NCBI RefSeq assembly: GCF_001194135.2
Contig: NC_068981.1
Location: 87,005,548-87,069,547 of the forward strand
DNA from: Octopus bimaculoides
Lineage: Eukaryota
Direction of reading: 5' to 3'
DNA: 64,000 nt
Part shown: one piece after another, positions 1-13,761 of the stretch
Numbering within the stretch: position 1 is the first letter of the stretch
How the letters are laid out: each line of letters opens with the position of its first letter
The notes under the pieces: generated by a model
Seen by the model: the letters and a program-made list of their open reading frames with translations, nothing else
What the model was told of the DNA's origin: nothing
The model's database searches: none
Made by a program: the position numbers and the translations under genes

Positions 1-137
1 CTGCATATCTATATATCGATAGATAGATAGATACATACATACATACATACATATATCGATAGATAGATAGATACATACATACATACATACATATATCGAT
101 AGATAGATAGATACATACATACATACATACATATATC

Positions 138-169
<32 letters not shown>

Positions 170-170
170 T
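1..170. repeat. Compound (TAGA)n/(TACA)n microsatellite with a 44-bp higher-order unit
   Basis: atatatcgatagatagatagatacatacatacatacatac recurs at 44-bp spacing about 3.5 times. Confidence 0.9.
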
Positions 171-378
171 AGTGAGCTAACAGAATTGCTAAAGCGTCGA
201 AGAAAATGCTTTACAGTATTCTAACTCTTTATGTTCTAAATTTAAATAGCACCAGAGTCAACTTTGCCTTCATCTTTTTAGGGTCAATAACATAAAATAC
301 CGTTTAAGTACTGAGATTGATGGCATTGACAAACACCCTTTCCTCAAAATTGCTGGCCATCTAATTTGATTAGAAACA
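171..378 (+). mobile_element. Degenerate tRNA-derived SINE, family A
   Basis: Resembles the better copies at 13762, 39390 and 42762 (gagct..cagaat, gtcaactttgccttcatc, aaaattgctggcc tail). Confidence 0.65.
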
Positions 379-421
379 ATTATTTATGCGCGCGCGCACA
401 CACACACATCTGTAAATAATG

Positions 422-462
<41 letters not shown>

Positions 463-759
463 GTATTATAGAAAGTTTGTGTTAGTACGTGACCATCTTC
501 TCTTCTCTCTCTCTCGCCCCCCTCTGTCTGTCTCTCTCTCTCTCACCCCCTCTGTCTGTCTCTCTGTCCCACTCTCTCTACATATACTTCATCATCACTT
601 ATTTCTTCTCGCTTGCCTCTGCTTTTTACTCTTTATCGTTCCTTTTTTTTAATCGATTTTAATTAAAAGGTTTAGTCATGTTTAGTAGATGTGAGTCCAA
701 ATTATAGTCACGACCAAATGTAGTTTTCCATTTTATTAGCGGTTTGCAACACCGTGCAA

Positions 760-1829
760 TTTTAAGCTATAGAGAAAATTTAATTATACATGCAATTGCT
801 AGGTAAAATAGAGAAGCAAACATTTTTGCAACTATGAGTGCTGTGATTAAATCAACGGAAAGAAAACATGAAGATGAAAACAAAAGGAAAGAGCGTGAAA
901 AAAGAGGAACCGGACGAATAGAAAGAAGAAAGAGCAGGGAAAATACGAAGAGACGGTCCATGTGAAGAACAACTTTGTCAGAATTTTCAAGTACGTATCG
1001 GTTTCAGTCCCTACCTTAGAACTTCAAATTGTCGTTCATGAAAAAATAGGCCCTCTGGAGAACACGCACCCCGTTTTAATGTACTTGAATGCAATGATGT
1101 TACTGCCAACATGATTGGAGAATCACAGAGCAAAAGCGACATTATTGTGATGAATAAAAAGAGTACTGTCAAAAATAAGGGAGTTCGCTTGTTTTATGCT
1201 CTGCAGTATGTTCTCCGTTTTGTCAATAAGAAAAATGAATATCCCTTTGGAACCCCATAGTCTGGAGGAAACTTCTTCAAAATCATTCTCATGCACGGAC
1301 TTCGTGCTATAAGACAATTCTTCCAACCAACTACATCCAAGTGAAACACTCATCCCGTAGTATACAATAGACATGTTTGCTAAGATGCAGTTTGAAAGAG
1401 TTTGCTACATTAGAACTTAAAAGAGCTGAAGGAAGACTTATATATAAATTTACTAGATGCAATCAGAAATAATGTGAATGAATCAGAGTTGGGTCAGCTT
1501 TATTTTCTCCAATCAACTCTTACTACTAGACTCTGATGCATACACGAACTCAGATAGGATGCAATTAAACATGTCAGCTGTTTCGCGCTCCCAAGACTCT
1601 TATTATGTCACTTGTAACTTAAATGGAAAGAAATTCAAAAGTTCTTCCCGAGCTTTTCAACCACATTGTTCCAGTTTCAGTCGCACTGCGTGGCACTTTA
1701 GGCAAGTATCTTCCACTATAGTCACGGGCCGACCAAAGCCTTGTGAGTGGATTTGGAAGACGGAACCTGAAAAAAGCCCGTCGTGTATATATATATATAT
1801 GAAAGAAGCCCGTCGTGTGTACATATGTA

Positions 1830-1926
<97 letters not shown>

Positions 1927-3990
1927 GTATATATATTTATGTGTGTGTTCTTTGTATCTGTATTTGTCCTCCCACCATCGCTTGACAACCGATGTTGGTG
2001 TGTTTCCGTCCCCATAACATAGCGGTTCGGCAAAAATGACTGATAGAATAAGTACTAGGCTTACAAAGAATAAGTCCTGGGGTCGATTTCTTCGACTAAA
2101 ACTCTTTAAGGTGGTGCTCCAGCATGGCCGCAGTCAAATGTCGGAAACAAGTAAAAGAATAAAAGAAAGAACCTGTGAGCTCACTACCAGATTTTTCTAA
2201 GTAAAGTTGAGAAAGATGAAGTATTTTATTATTAAGATCAGGTATTATATGTATATCATAAAACTGAAAAAGAAGACAAGCTTGCCACATGCAGACCTTC
2301 AATACTCTGGCAGAGACAAAACACTTCAATGTAGTTAAAACTTAGATTATTTAAGATCCACGCCTACGACAGGAATTTATGTTGCAGTGAATACAACAAT
2401 CGCATCAAACAGTTTTCAAGACATTTTGTCGATGTGACCCAAACAAGTGAAAATGGCTGTCAGTCTTACAGAACAACAGGAATAGATATAGGCTTCCAAT
2501 CCTTGTTGGGCAGCACGAAATTTACCACAAATGGGATCGCCTTCTCCTGCTCACAGCCATTCAAATTATTTAACGCACACATCAATATCGAGTCCAGAAA
2601 TTCTATAGAGTCTATTAGATATATCTGCCGCTATGTTAACGAGGGATCTAATGCTACAGTATTTGCTCTAAGAAAAACTACAACGATGAAGTTACTCAAT
2701 TCCAGCTGGAACACCACATCAACAGCAATGAGGCTTTCTAGCGCTGTTTTGCTTTTCTATTCGCGAAAGATATTCCAGTATTTAATAACTTACTGTTTAA
2801 TTGGAAATGGGTACTCAGATAACTACTGTACAGAAAACACATCAAATTGATTTCATTATATTAGCAGATCTTCAAGACCCACGCAAGAACAAAGCGTACT
2901 TTAGTATTGTTAAAACTCAGATGGATCAAAGTCCCTATGATGCCCCCGACAGGAATTCACTTTTCATGAAAAACAACAAACGTGTTAAACGTTTCCCAAG
3001 ACCTTTTGTCAGCGATATCCAAACATCTATGCCAATGTGGTCGCTTTATTAAACGTTGCTGTACCATCAAACTGGAACAAACCATAGTAATGAAGAAAAC
3101 AAGTCTAATCTAAGTTTTTACAGTGCAATTGGAAGTGTATGCTGTACTCCCCAAATCAAACTGGATTATTCTTTATACGACCGTTCCATGAAATGTGAAG
3201 CCCCAATACATTTCAAGATCTCCAAACAGTCAATAGTGGAGTTTGTACTATATAGAGAAACATGCTTTAGACTCGGATTGCTGGAGAATTATGCCCTGTG
3301 GTATGCAACGTTATTAGAAACTTCTATGTTTCAAATAGCCAAGAGTCTTAGATTTTTTCACCATGATCTTAAAATGCTGTGAACCATCCTATCCGTTTCA
3401 ACTTTGTGTCAAATGTTGTGATGACATTTCTAAATATTTCAAAAATGAAGAACAGATTCACCCGGTATGGAAAAGTACACAGATGAATTCCACAATGTGG
3501 CCTTCAACTATATCAAAAACAAGCTCAAGAATATATATATTCGAGAACTTCAAAAAATATGACTTCCCATTATTCAAAGAAAGATTATACATTGTCGTTA
3601 TATATCAATGCAATGAACACAAGCTCATCAGAGAGGACAGGGCAGTCTAGTCTTCTGTTTTTGAAAGTATTCGGTGACAAGGTGCTAAAATGTGATTCAT
3701 TGGTGCTCCTGGTGGAACTAGAAAAACATTTCTGGTCAGTCTATTGCTTGCCAAAGATCGTTAACATAAAATCATAACTATTGTTGTTGTTCCTCCACCA
3801 CATTTCTTTAAAGAGCCTGTAGAACAGTATACTTTCAAGCTACCCTTGAACTTAGATAAAAATACTGCATCTGTCTGCTGCTTTGCAAAGAATTCTGAAA
3901 CCAGACAAGTTCTTACGAGGTGACAACTGTTTGGGATGTTTACACAAAGCCAAACAAAATGATTACACAAAGCTAAATGAACAAAATCGA
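760..3990 (+). mobile_element. Decayed autonomous Helitron (Rep HUH nuclease + Pif1 helicase), interrupted by a SINE
   Basis: Frameshifted motifs on +: GEHA.RFN..CNDV (~1050), YALQY (~1195), DMFAKMQFERVCYIR (~1370), TCN.KWKEI (~1610), YMYIIKLKKKTSLPHADL (HUH-motif-2-like, ~2250), NAHINIE..SIRYICRYVNEG (~2570), YRETCFRLGLLE (~3250), APGGTRKTFLVSLLL (Walker A-like, ~3705), FKLPLNL (~3835). Confidence 0.85.
1645..2170 (+). mobile_element. tRNA-derived SINE, family B, with internal (TA)n/(TG)n microsatellite
   Basis: B-box-like cagtttcagtcgc, then ggccgaccaaagccttgtgagtggatttgg, a central microsatellite, gcttgacaaccgatgttggtgtg and the tail cagcatggccgcagtc..gaaacaagtaaaagaataaaag; homologous copy at 51719-52118. 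Confidence 0.75.
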
Positions 3991-4844
3991 TAAAATCACA
4001 TTTGCCTTAAATCGATTAACAAAATGTGTGGTGTGTGTTTGTGCGAGTTTGTGAGCGCGAGGGTACTATTCGCTTTTTGATAGGATCAACAAAAAGGTCT
4101 CAATTCACTGTGAATGAAATATCAGTTAAGAAATACAGCAGTTATGGGTGGGCTACTTCAAGTTTCATATTCGATCGCACTTATGTGTGCGATCCGGCAG
4201 TCATTCTGTTCTCGCTTGTATAAAATGGATACACGAGCATTAATGACTACCAGATTGTACACAGTGCCCTTATACATGGGCGGTTGGATATTGTTCTTTT
4301 CTAGTAAGGCTCTTGAAGTAGACCCTTAACTTCTGTATTGATGCATGTATATATGCATGTATATATATATATATTATCCCCTTATATTCCCTTATATATA
4401 TATATAAGGGGATAATTTTATAACTTCGTTAAACCGAAAAGCAATTTCGTTAAACCGAAAAACAAAAATAAAAATAGGAGTTCAGTGGAAATGCTCAGGT
4501 GACACCGAGGCGAAAGGAGAAACAATGTGATAACCACAAGTGTGAAGCCCTTGTAAATTTTTTCCTCATGAAAAGGTATTGCCATTGGATTTCTTAATAG
4601 ATTGTACATTAACGATGTGAAGCAGCATCCTTTGAAATGATTGTGGAGATAGGCTTGAATGGACTCTGTTCTGGTTACCTTACGCTTTATCTTATATTTT
4701 ATACTATTGGGTTTTACCATTGGATGTCCTGTTGTTTTAATATATATTTATATATTTAATATATATTCATATTTGATTTTTGATAATTTGGGAATATTAA
4801 GTCGTTTTGACCGATTGGAGCGTTTATTCATTATACCTTTCAAT

Positions 4845-4985
<141 letters not shown>

Positions 4986-5417
4986 AGTAGTATTTAATTC
5001 ACTTACTAAAAGTCAGAGAATATATGATTGAAAAGATTCAAATTAATACCAATTACACTTTCAAAATATCTCCACAATCCGTACATCCAAATGTATATTA
5101 CTGTATTATGCACCAGTGATTTCGTTAGCTACCTACAGAATTCCCTTTCTGGGACCACTGCATGTAGTTACGTACATTTGAGCATGTTAGTTGAGATGTT
5201 ATTTTGAAAACTTAATCGATATTGAAATATATTCACATATTTATCTTAATATGATGATTCACTGCTCTGTCATTACGTTTTATGTCAATGAATTTACATG
5301 CTCAAAGATATACGCACGCGCAGATCCCCCTCCTCCACCACGCACACACATAAAGAGTGAGAGAGGGGTAGACAGAGTTGGATGAGGAGCATTCCAGCAG
5401 ATCTGAAGCCTTTTTCA

Positions 5418-6520
5418 GGAGAGGCAGTTATAACTGTCCTAGATTATTGTAATTTTTGTTATTATACATTTAAAGCATAACTGACTACTTTGCAGAATGC
5501 AGTCGGAACGTGAAGACATTTTGGAAGCTTGCTATGCAATAAAGTTTTGTGTTAAACTGGGCAAAAACGCCACAGAAACTTATAAAATGCTCCATATTAT
5601 TTATGGATTAACTTGTAAAAGCCGAGCATCCATTTTTCACTGACACAAGCGGTTCAAGGACGATAGAGTAGAAGTTAAAAACGATGAAGGCTGTGGGAGG
5701 AAGAAGGACCTCAGAAAATCACAGTTGATTGGGAACATGCGCAAAATGTGTGCAAAGTTTTTTCCCAGGGTGCTCAGTGATGAACAGAAAAAAGATACAT
5801 TGGTAACAGCAAGGAGATGGTTGAGCTCATTACCTCCAATCCAAGAGTACTTAAGTTTCTGGTGACCTTCGACGAAAGTTGGATCCACTGTTATGATCCA
5901 GAGATCAAAGGACGGAGTGCCCAGTGGACGCATTCTGGCTCCTTCATATCCAAGAAGGCTAAGCAAATAAAGTCCACCGTGAAGCTCAAGAGGATCCCCT
6001 TTTTCGACAGCAAGGGAATCGAATACATCCACTCGGTTCCCTCTGGTCATAGTCAACAAACAATACTTTGTGGAGGCTTTGAGGGAGATTAGGAAGATAT
6101 TTTGTGGTAAAAGGCTAGAGCTCTTCCACTGACGTCGGTGGCACCTGTACCAGGACAATTCACCAGTCCATAATTTCATCCTGGTAACCAACTACTTGAC
6201 TGAAATATACATAAAAACTGTTCCTCACTCTCCTTACAGTCCAGACATTGCTCCCTGTGACTTTTGGTTATTCCTCAAGCTGAAAGAGAACGTCAGGGAC
6301 AGTCGTGAGAAGAGATTGAGAAGATGAAGGTAGCTCTGACAAGGGACCTTGACACCTTTGTTTTGGAGGACTTCTGTGGGGTCTTGGTGGAGTGGCCAGA
6401 GCTCTATAACAAGTGCATTGAAGTCAGACGATCCTACTTTGAAGGAGATTAAAGTTATGTCCTTCTTTGAAATTAATAAACGTCTCTCCTGAAAAAATCT
6501 GAAAACTCTAGAATGCATAT
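5418..6520 (+). mobile_element. Degenerate mariner (DD34D-type) transposon
   Basis: YAIKFCVKLGKNATETYKML, VTFDESWIHCYDPE, caggacaattcacca (QDN), and PYSPDIAPCDFWLFLKLK-like segment at ~6230-6290; many frameshifts; TIRs not clearly recognisable. Confidence 0.88.
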
Positions 6521-7019
6521 ATTTCACATTATGTGATTCCCTCTTTCACACACTGTCTATCTCTTACTTCAGAGTATCTTTGGTTAACATACATTGTCAG
6601 ATGTCAGTTTCACTCCACGAAATATTATTTTATGTGTATATCAGATTACTTTCTAGTCCTCTACCTCAATCTATTTTTATCACTTTCTTACTGCTCTGTC
6701 TTTGTGTGCATATGTGTGTATCTGTGCTTTCGGGAGTGACGAAAGCGGGCGAAGAAAAACATACACACAGATTGATAGAACACATTGATAGAACCCATTT
6801 ATAATTATACGAACAGACACATACAAATTGCGGAGAAAGGCGAATGAAAAGCAGAGGTAAGAAGACACAGAGTACACTATCGACCGGAAACAGTAACAGA
6901 CAAAGCATTATTTTAATATTAGCTATATAAATTATTTAGTGATTGTTTCACCTTCACAAATGATTACCATTTCTTGATGCTTCCTCTTTGTTAATTGTAT
7001 TTCTGACTTTCTGTCTATA

Positions 7020-7600
7020 CCCTTTCAGATGACTATTCAGTCCCACTGCCGACCTGCATGGTTTAAAGCATAGAGATGATTGGGTCACTGTGTGAGAAAT
7101 GTTCTTTTTGTACTGTCATATATCTTTCCAGACAAGAAATCGAGTTTCAAATTTTTCTACATATTACACGCGTTGAATCACCAGGTCAAGGAGACGACGT
7201 TGCATACAGTTGGCCTATGAAGAGTCTTCAAATGGTTGACATACCCAACCTTAGAAAGTAGTATACGGCAACACGCGTCACGTTTCCAGCGATTTATGTG
7301 CTCATCGGGGATCTGCAGCAACTTTCAAAGCTAATACTTTAACCTTTCGTGCTTAAGGCGACCCTCTTTAATAGTTTTCCTTATGTTTCCCTTATATGTT
7401 TCCTCCACTCAACTTTTTCCGAAGCTAGCCCTTTCCAGTACTTTACATCGATGCGCAGTTCCTTTAGAATGCATTTTATTATTCTAATTATTTTTCTGTT
7501 TTCAGTGTATGCTGAGGACGATTACAAATGCGCAACTCACCATAGCACAGCTGCTTTGGGATCCTATTATCTTCCATACCTACAGCGCACACACACACAC
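7020..7600 (-). mobile_element. Two 3' fragments of RTE-clade LINE
   Basis: Minus strand MEDNRIPKQLCYGEL..LKELRIDVKYWKGLASEKVEWRK (7340-7590), and an LRWLGYV-like to CRSAVGLNSHL C-terminal segment (7020-7260). Confidence 0.65.
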
Positions 7601-8099
7601 ACACACACACATACACACATATACATAATGGGTGCAATGATTGCGCACATGCGCAATGAATCAACTTTTGCTCGCAGTCAGCAGTCGACTGAGCAGTTAT
7701 AGCGATAAATAGATGACTTGACCTAAATGATGTCAACTCGAACGCATGCAGACATAGAATTATTCACCAGCTGCCTTGTATTTTTTAAGTTGTATATCAA
7801 ATTGTAAGTACATCAAACCGCTCGTGCACCATATGGATATACACAAAAGAATTCATTTGATCATGTTTCTGACAATTTGAAAGGAATAAGGCGTGGACAA
7901 CAGTAGAGAGACAAAAAAGAAAACAAGTTAATTTGTAATATATGCATTCACATGTATGAATTTAATTCAGCGTAACAATATTCAAACTATTTTGATTGGA
8001 TGTTGTGACAAGAATGGTTCAGTTAATTACATAGATAGATAGATAGATAGATAGATTACGTGTATTAGTGAAGTGTATTTTATTCAAATTTTGTTTTAT

Positions 8100-9750
8100 T
8101 CTGTTGATTGTTTTTCTGTCTAGCAACAACCGTACTCGAAATCCATTAATTTGCAGTGGCTTCCTCCAGAATGAAAAATGTCCATCAGTTTAACTCTTTT
8201 AACGCTGATTGTCTGAAACCTGGGAATTTTGCAGCTTCTCATGACTGCCACATTCTGTAATGTTTGATATGCAATTCTGGGCATAGCAATGAATCTACGA
8301 AACATTGTCGCCTGAACGCACATTACACAAACAAATATGATGAATTATCCAACAAACCATATGAATAATTCCTGAATTTACTGCAGAAATGCAACAGCCG
8401 AATAAGAATTGCCGCTATGTTAGCCAAGCCTACACTAAATCATTGAATTTTGACTGGAAGCTTCAAATCATCACCATTGATAACTAACGCTGGAAAACCC
8501 CTTTCTATTTATGAGGTTTTGTAAAAGCTGGTGTTCATCTTTTATGAGAAGTATTCCGCAGCAAGATAGTGCATCAGGAAGTAGTCTTCCATTGAGCAAT
8601 GTTACAGGTGGTGGCAGCATAGACGAAATAGTATATGGTATGGAGGGAAATGCAAGAAGTTAATAAATTTTGAAGCTGGTATTTCGATCTTCAACATGGT
8701 GAATCGGTTCTGTGTAATAGTAGCCCATTTCTGGCATACGGCCAATTTGAGAACGATGGTAAACTGATAGACCAGATGTTATCTTAGAGAAGTCTAACAA
8801 CGACTAAAATCATGCTATTATTGATGGTTCCTCCTATGTAAATGACTCAGGAATATTTCAAAGATACGGAGATCAATTTTAGTTCCGTAGTTTCAGGCTC
8901 TGTAGGAACTATGCATCTTCTATGATGGCATAAAGGCGGTTCAAAGTTGATGAAAGATGAGTTCACCAATGGTTTATATGCCTTGCGTTATTCAACAATA
9001 AAATTTGATTTTCTTGTTGAATAACGCAATGGTCGAGGAATGCTGTAGAACTAAATTAATGTCAGCAGTCGTTGTATGTAACAATGTCATTAAAGGAAAT
9101 TCACAGAACGAGCACCTTTTCCATATTACAATTTTGCGAAAAGAGTAGTGAAAATTATTGTCGGTTGCTGTTGCATTATGCCGTCCGCTAGATAGCCATA
9201 AGAAATTGTTTGCACCACTTTATGTAGCTATACAACACCGTCCTTGATATTCTCTGTGCTGAATCAATAATTGATACAGATCCATCTAACTCACTTGTTA
9301 GCAACAGATATTTTTAGTAAATTCTGTATCCACAATGAAAAACAGCAAAGTATTGAAAAAGACACTTTTTAGTGCAAACATGAAAAGTTTGAGAATCACC
9401 CAATGGCTTACCGCAACGCTCTCCTCGACTTTTAGTTATCACACTGTTGAGATTTATCAAATACATCAACCGTCTCAGCTTGAGATATCCTTCAACAAGC
9501 AATTCACCAATTTAGCTAAAATTTTCTTCTCCATTGTGGTATGTGAAGTCTCATCGATGTCATCTAATTGTTTCAGTGGTAGCTATCAAAGCTTCGTAAT
9601 GATGAATCTGTCAAAGTATTGCATCGTGTCATGACCATTTTCATGTGAGTTTCTCATGAAGTTGCATGCAAATATCCTTTACTACCACTTCCATCCTCGT
9701 ATCTCGAATATCTATTCAGTAGAGGTGATTTATTACGCAATAAGAGAAAC
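8100..9750 (-). mobile_element. Academ-like DNA transposon relic (XPG-like nuclease to Cys-rich C-terminal part)
   Basis: Reverse complement shares blocks with 29080-29580: gtaaaggatatttgca.gcaacttc, tactttgacag.ttcatcatt, ctgatggacatttttcat, caaattaatggattt. Confidence 0.55.
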
Positions 9751-10179
9751 AAATCTGGAATCTTAAAAACGTCAAGCTTTACGTCTGATACTGTCCAAAT
9801 TACAGCCAAACTACAGTCTGACTACAGGCCAATATCAGGCACAAAGCCTCTTGTTGACAATTATGTAATACGTCTATTATATACAACATTAATATATTTT
9901 CTCCGCGATTAAATAAAATATTATGATACAAAACCGTGGCATTAATCATATGTTAGTACATATTACGTTAGCAAAGTAAACTTAGTCATGTTTTGCACGA
10001 TTTTTTACTAATTTATAGTCATTGATAAATAAATAAATTGTCATTTCATTGATAGATTAAAATTTTGGGACGATGTCGCTGATGAAACTGATTAATAGAA
10101 GTTCGGAGAGATGTACCGCCACACACTAGCATGGCCTTACTGGTAACGACACATTTCTCCGAACTCTGATTATTTTCTT

Positions 10180-10500
10180 TTTTCTATTTTGATAGGTGAA
10201 TTGAACTCAACAAGTGATGAGAGGAGAGATGAGTAGAACAGGAGTGTCTAATTGGTGGTACCAAAAGCCAAACCAATCCTAAGAAGCGGAGGCCATTATA
10301 GTTGTAGAAGAGGTTGGAGCTCGTCTATGAGTAACATTATGCCGATAAGTTGAGCAGCCTTTTATTGAGTGCCGTCTCAGTTGTTTTTGTGTACAGGAGC
10401 GGCATCCCAGATGTGAAAGCACTACTGTATGCAGGCCTACCTGAGCTTTGTAGATTATCGATAATTGTTGAGATTTAAGCGAACACAGGAAATTGTTTGA
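10180..10500 (-). mobile_element. CR1/Jockey-like LINE post-RT fragment
   Basis: Minus strand YSSAFHIWDAAP..LNKRLLNL..LQPL resembles the CR1 EYxSHIW..LxPL region. Confidence 0.4.
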
Positions 10501-11014
10501 CCATGATGTACTTGAGGAAACTTTTATTGTGAAAGCGATGACATTTATTACGTAAAACTTGTGATTATTATGAAATAGTCATAGTGGATTAATCCCGAAG
10601 ACTGAATCAGAATGTATGGACAATTTGTTTTGTAAATTGAATTGAGAAAGCGAAAACAGTTAAAAGACATATCTCCTGAAATACAATAACCTAATCAGAC
10701 AAAACTTCTTCTGAGAATGAACTTTTGACTGAAAATAGTAGAATACTTTTTGTAATTTCGTGACATTAAAATATTTCTCGGTAAAAATATCATGAGGTTA
10801 ATTCATGGCTATCAGTGATAACAGAGTTTAAAATGCTAACGTTTCTTGATGGTCGTTGAATCATTTCTCCAGAAACTATTTACTATTGAAAGTTAATTTG
10901 TCGCTCGATAATGCTTAATGTGTTAACATCCATTGTTGTAGGTTAGTTCACCATAAAACATTTTCCTTACTGAATCATCAAACAGTAACGGATGTTGTTA
11001 CTATTGTTGTAGAA

Positions 11015-11160
11015 GCAGTGAATTGGCAGAGTGGTTAGAGTGTAAGATAAAAAATAATGTTTGGCGGAATTTGGTCCGTCTCTCTGCGTTCACAGTTCAA
11101 ATCCCGCCGAAGCCAGGTTTTCCTTTCATCCTTTCAGGGTTGGTAAAATAAAGTAGCAAC
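11015..11160 (+). mobile_element. SINE family A, 3'-truncated
   Basis: ttggcagagtggttagagtg head, gttcaaatccc B-box, tcctttcatcctttcagggt body. Confidence 0.7.
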
Positions 11161-12128
11161 CCAATCCAGTGAGTTGGTGGAATGTTTATGGAGTCGGATG
11201 GAATGCCTGATAGGATTTGTCTTAGTTCTTTGCCTTCTAAGTTCTTGAGCAACAGAGTAAATATGTTACCTAGTTTAATATCATCAGCCTGTTGTTTGGT
11301 AATTTCAGAGAGAGTTCCCTGTTACAAGCATCTTGCGAAAGGTCTTTCTCCAACAGCTCTCGAAGATCCTGAGACAAAAAATAATGGGTCATGTGCACTG
11401 CCCATCTTGATTAAGCTGTAAACATGTTGATTTGGAAAGGTCTCAGATTTATTGAGGAAAGGTGGGATATTATGAAATCCGTGCTATATTGAAAGGTTTT
11501 TGTGACTAAAGAGAACAGAAATATCTTCAACCGCTAATCAGAATGTATCCTACATGTGACATCTTCACATCATTACGAAGGCAACTTTGAGTCATATTGT
11601 TCATGAGCAGGGAGGGTGATGTACAAAAATGTTCCCCTGCTATGTGTATCAATTGTATTTTAGGCACTGTTGAAGGTTACTAGTTTGTCATATCTTCATT
11701 GGAGATCGTTCCAAGCTGATGACTTTTTTTTATGAGGATGAAGTGATCAGCGATATCTAGAAAGAACAGAGAGATATCTAATGATATATGTTTTGACATC
11801 AACTATATACATTATAACCCTGTTTTGGACTGACGCAATTAGTTTTTTTCCCAGATCGCATCTCCAGTTAATATTCCGACTCTCAAAACAGTCTTAAATT
11901 TTTCTGTCACCTTGCAAACTTTATCTTTGTGTGAGGGCGTACGGGTGAGTGAGGTATCCATGTGAAGTTACGTAAGCTACCTCTTCTTACGTAAGCACAG
12001 CGAAACATTGATACTTCAAGTCAGCTTACTTGGCAATTCTTTTAGTCTTTCGCTGGCTACCCTTGACCATTGATGTAAGTCAACTTTTGTTTCAAAGTAT
12101 GTCTCTCCACTTTCTACGCTCACACAAG

Positions 12129-12240
<112 letters not shown>

Positions 12241-12507
12241 ACTGATAATCTCAGCTTTTAAGTGGTTCGGTAGTACAGACAAAAAAATATTGTTTATAGG
12301 TTACACTCCACTACCAACTGGAAGACGTTTAATCACCACCGCAATGCTTTCAAAAGGGTCATCATTAAAATAGCTTTCCATCAAACATATTCTCAAGTTG
12401 CTAAGTGTGAAAACTAACCGATCCCTCCAATCCAACAAGACGACCGGTTTTGACGAGTCCCCTTCTATTACACCCTCAAAAGTGCACTTCAAAGTGAACT
12501 TTTATCC

Positions 12508-12666
12508 TCATCAAACTCTTCAATCTTTCATTATAAATTCCTCAAACTCTTCAATCTTTCATTATAAATTCATCAAACTCTTCAATCTTTCATTATAAAT
12601 TCATCAAACTCTTCAATCTTTCATTATAAATTCATCAAACTCTTCCATCTTTCATTATAAATTCAA
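12508..12666. repeat. 31-bp minisatellite, about 5 copies
   Basis: tcaaactcttcaatctttcattataaattca at 12511, 12542, 12573, 12604, 12635. Confidence 0.95.
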
Positions 12667-13761
12667 TTCTATGTAACATGCTACAGTATGTCGCATTTCT
12701 AAAGAAGAGTAATCTTTTTTCTCCTTACAATTACCACAGCCATTTGCAACATATTGAAAATGCTAGCATAAAATATTTATGATTTTCCTCTGTACCTTTT
12801 TCAGTCTCTCTGTCCCTGTTTAGTAGCCATCAGTACAGTTTTCGAATAGTCAAATCCATTGGAGATTGGCTTTCCTACGTCGCATACCAGAAACCTTTTG
12901 ATTTGTCTCGCATGAGAATTCCCGTTATGTTGCCCGTTTATTTGCGTCATCGGACAGGTTTCTACTCGGACTTTTCCATTACAGCGCATACTGCTGGGAC
13001 TGTCTCTAAACCACAGTTTATCGACTGTCTAGTACATACGGTTCGTTAAAGTCTATCATATTCTTTCTTCTGTATTTTAAAGATCAGTTATCATGAATCA
13101 TTAGCTTTTCGTAACACATTTCTCCACTCATTCATCAAAAGCTAACGATTATCTCTAACATTGTTGCATATTGACAATAGAGTGGATTGGTAGAGCCGTT
13201 AGAGTGTCGAAGAAAATGCAAAATGCCTTGCGGGATTTGTTCCTATGTGATATATAGAAATATGCGCGCGCGCACGCACACAGATACACACACACACGCG
13301 CCAAGCGCAAACACCCGAAATTGTGAAAGAAGTGAAGGATATATTGGGAGTCAAGAGTAATAACCATGGATACAAGTTGGGATGAATATTAACTCATACA
13401 GCTCAGAATAGAGTGCTAGTACATCCTTTGAATATATTTTAGCGACCGATGACGGCTGAAAGTGAAAGTAAACACTGATATGATTTGAACCTAGAACGTT
13501 GATGGATGGCCTGTGGTCCTGCCCTGTAGCGTATTCACAACTCGAATTCTCTTGTTAAATCAATACTGATACCTTGTGTTTGTAGGGTACCTCAAATTTT
13601 GTAGGACTCCAGTGTATCGTCGTATCATCCTGGAAGGATGAAGATTGAAGTCATGATTTAAACTCAAAATGCATAAAAATATAACTAAATACGGCAGGGT
13701 AGTTCTTGCAGTTTTGTACTCTAACCGTCTCTTGTATGATTAATATTGGCTTCAAATTTAA

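Noticed and set aside
1478-2033. 179-aa and antisense ORFs with YIYI/CVCV runs
   Set aside because: Read-through of a SINE-internal microsatellite; the same applies to ORFs at 12016-12282, 23228-23620, 24538-24885, 25737-26110, 37558-38015 and all X-containing ORFs.
5637-6191. 184-aa minus-strand ORF
   Set aside because: Antisense shadow of the mariner transposase; likewise 28129-28644 (Academ-like), 40216-40567 (ORF1 element) and 19954-20355.
11015-11110. tRNA-gene-like A/B boxes here and in other SINE heads
   Set aside because: No cloverleaf can be completed, and each continues into the SINE body; these are SINEs, not tRNA genes.
11182-11421. 79-aa + strand ORF
   Set aside because: No recognisable domain; the minus strand shows a weak RWAVHM (RTE 3'-like) motif, too poor to annotate either way.
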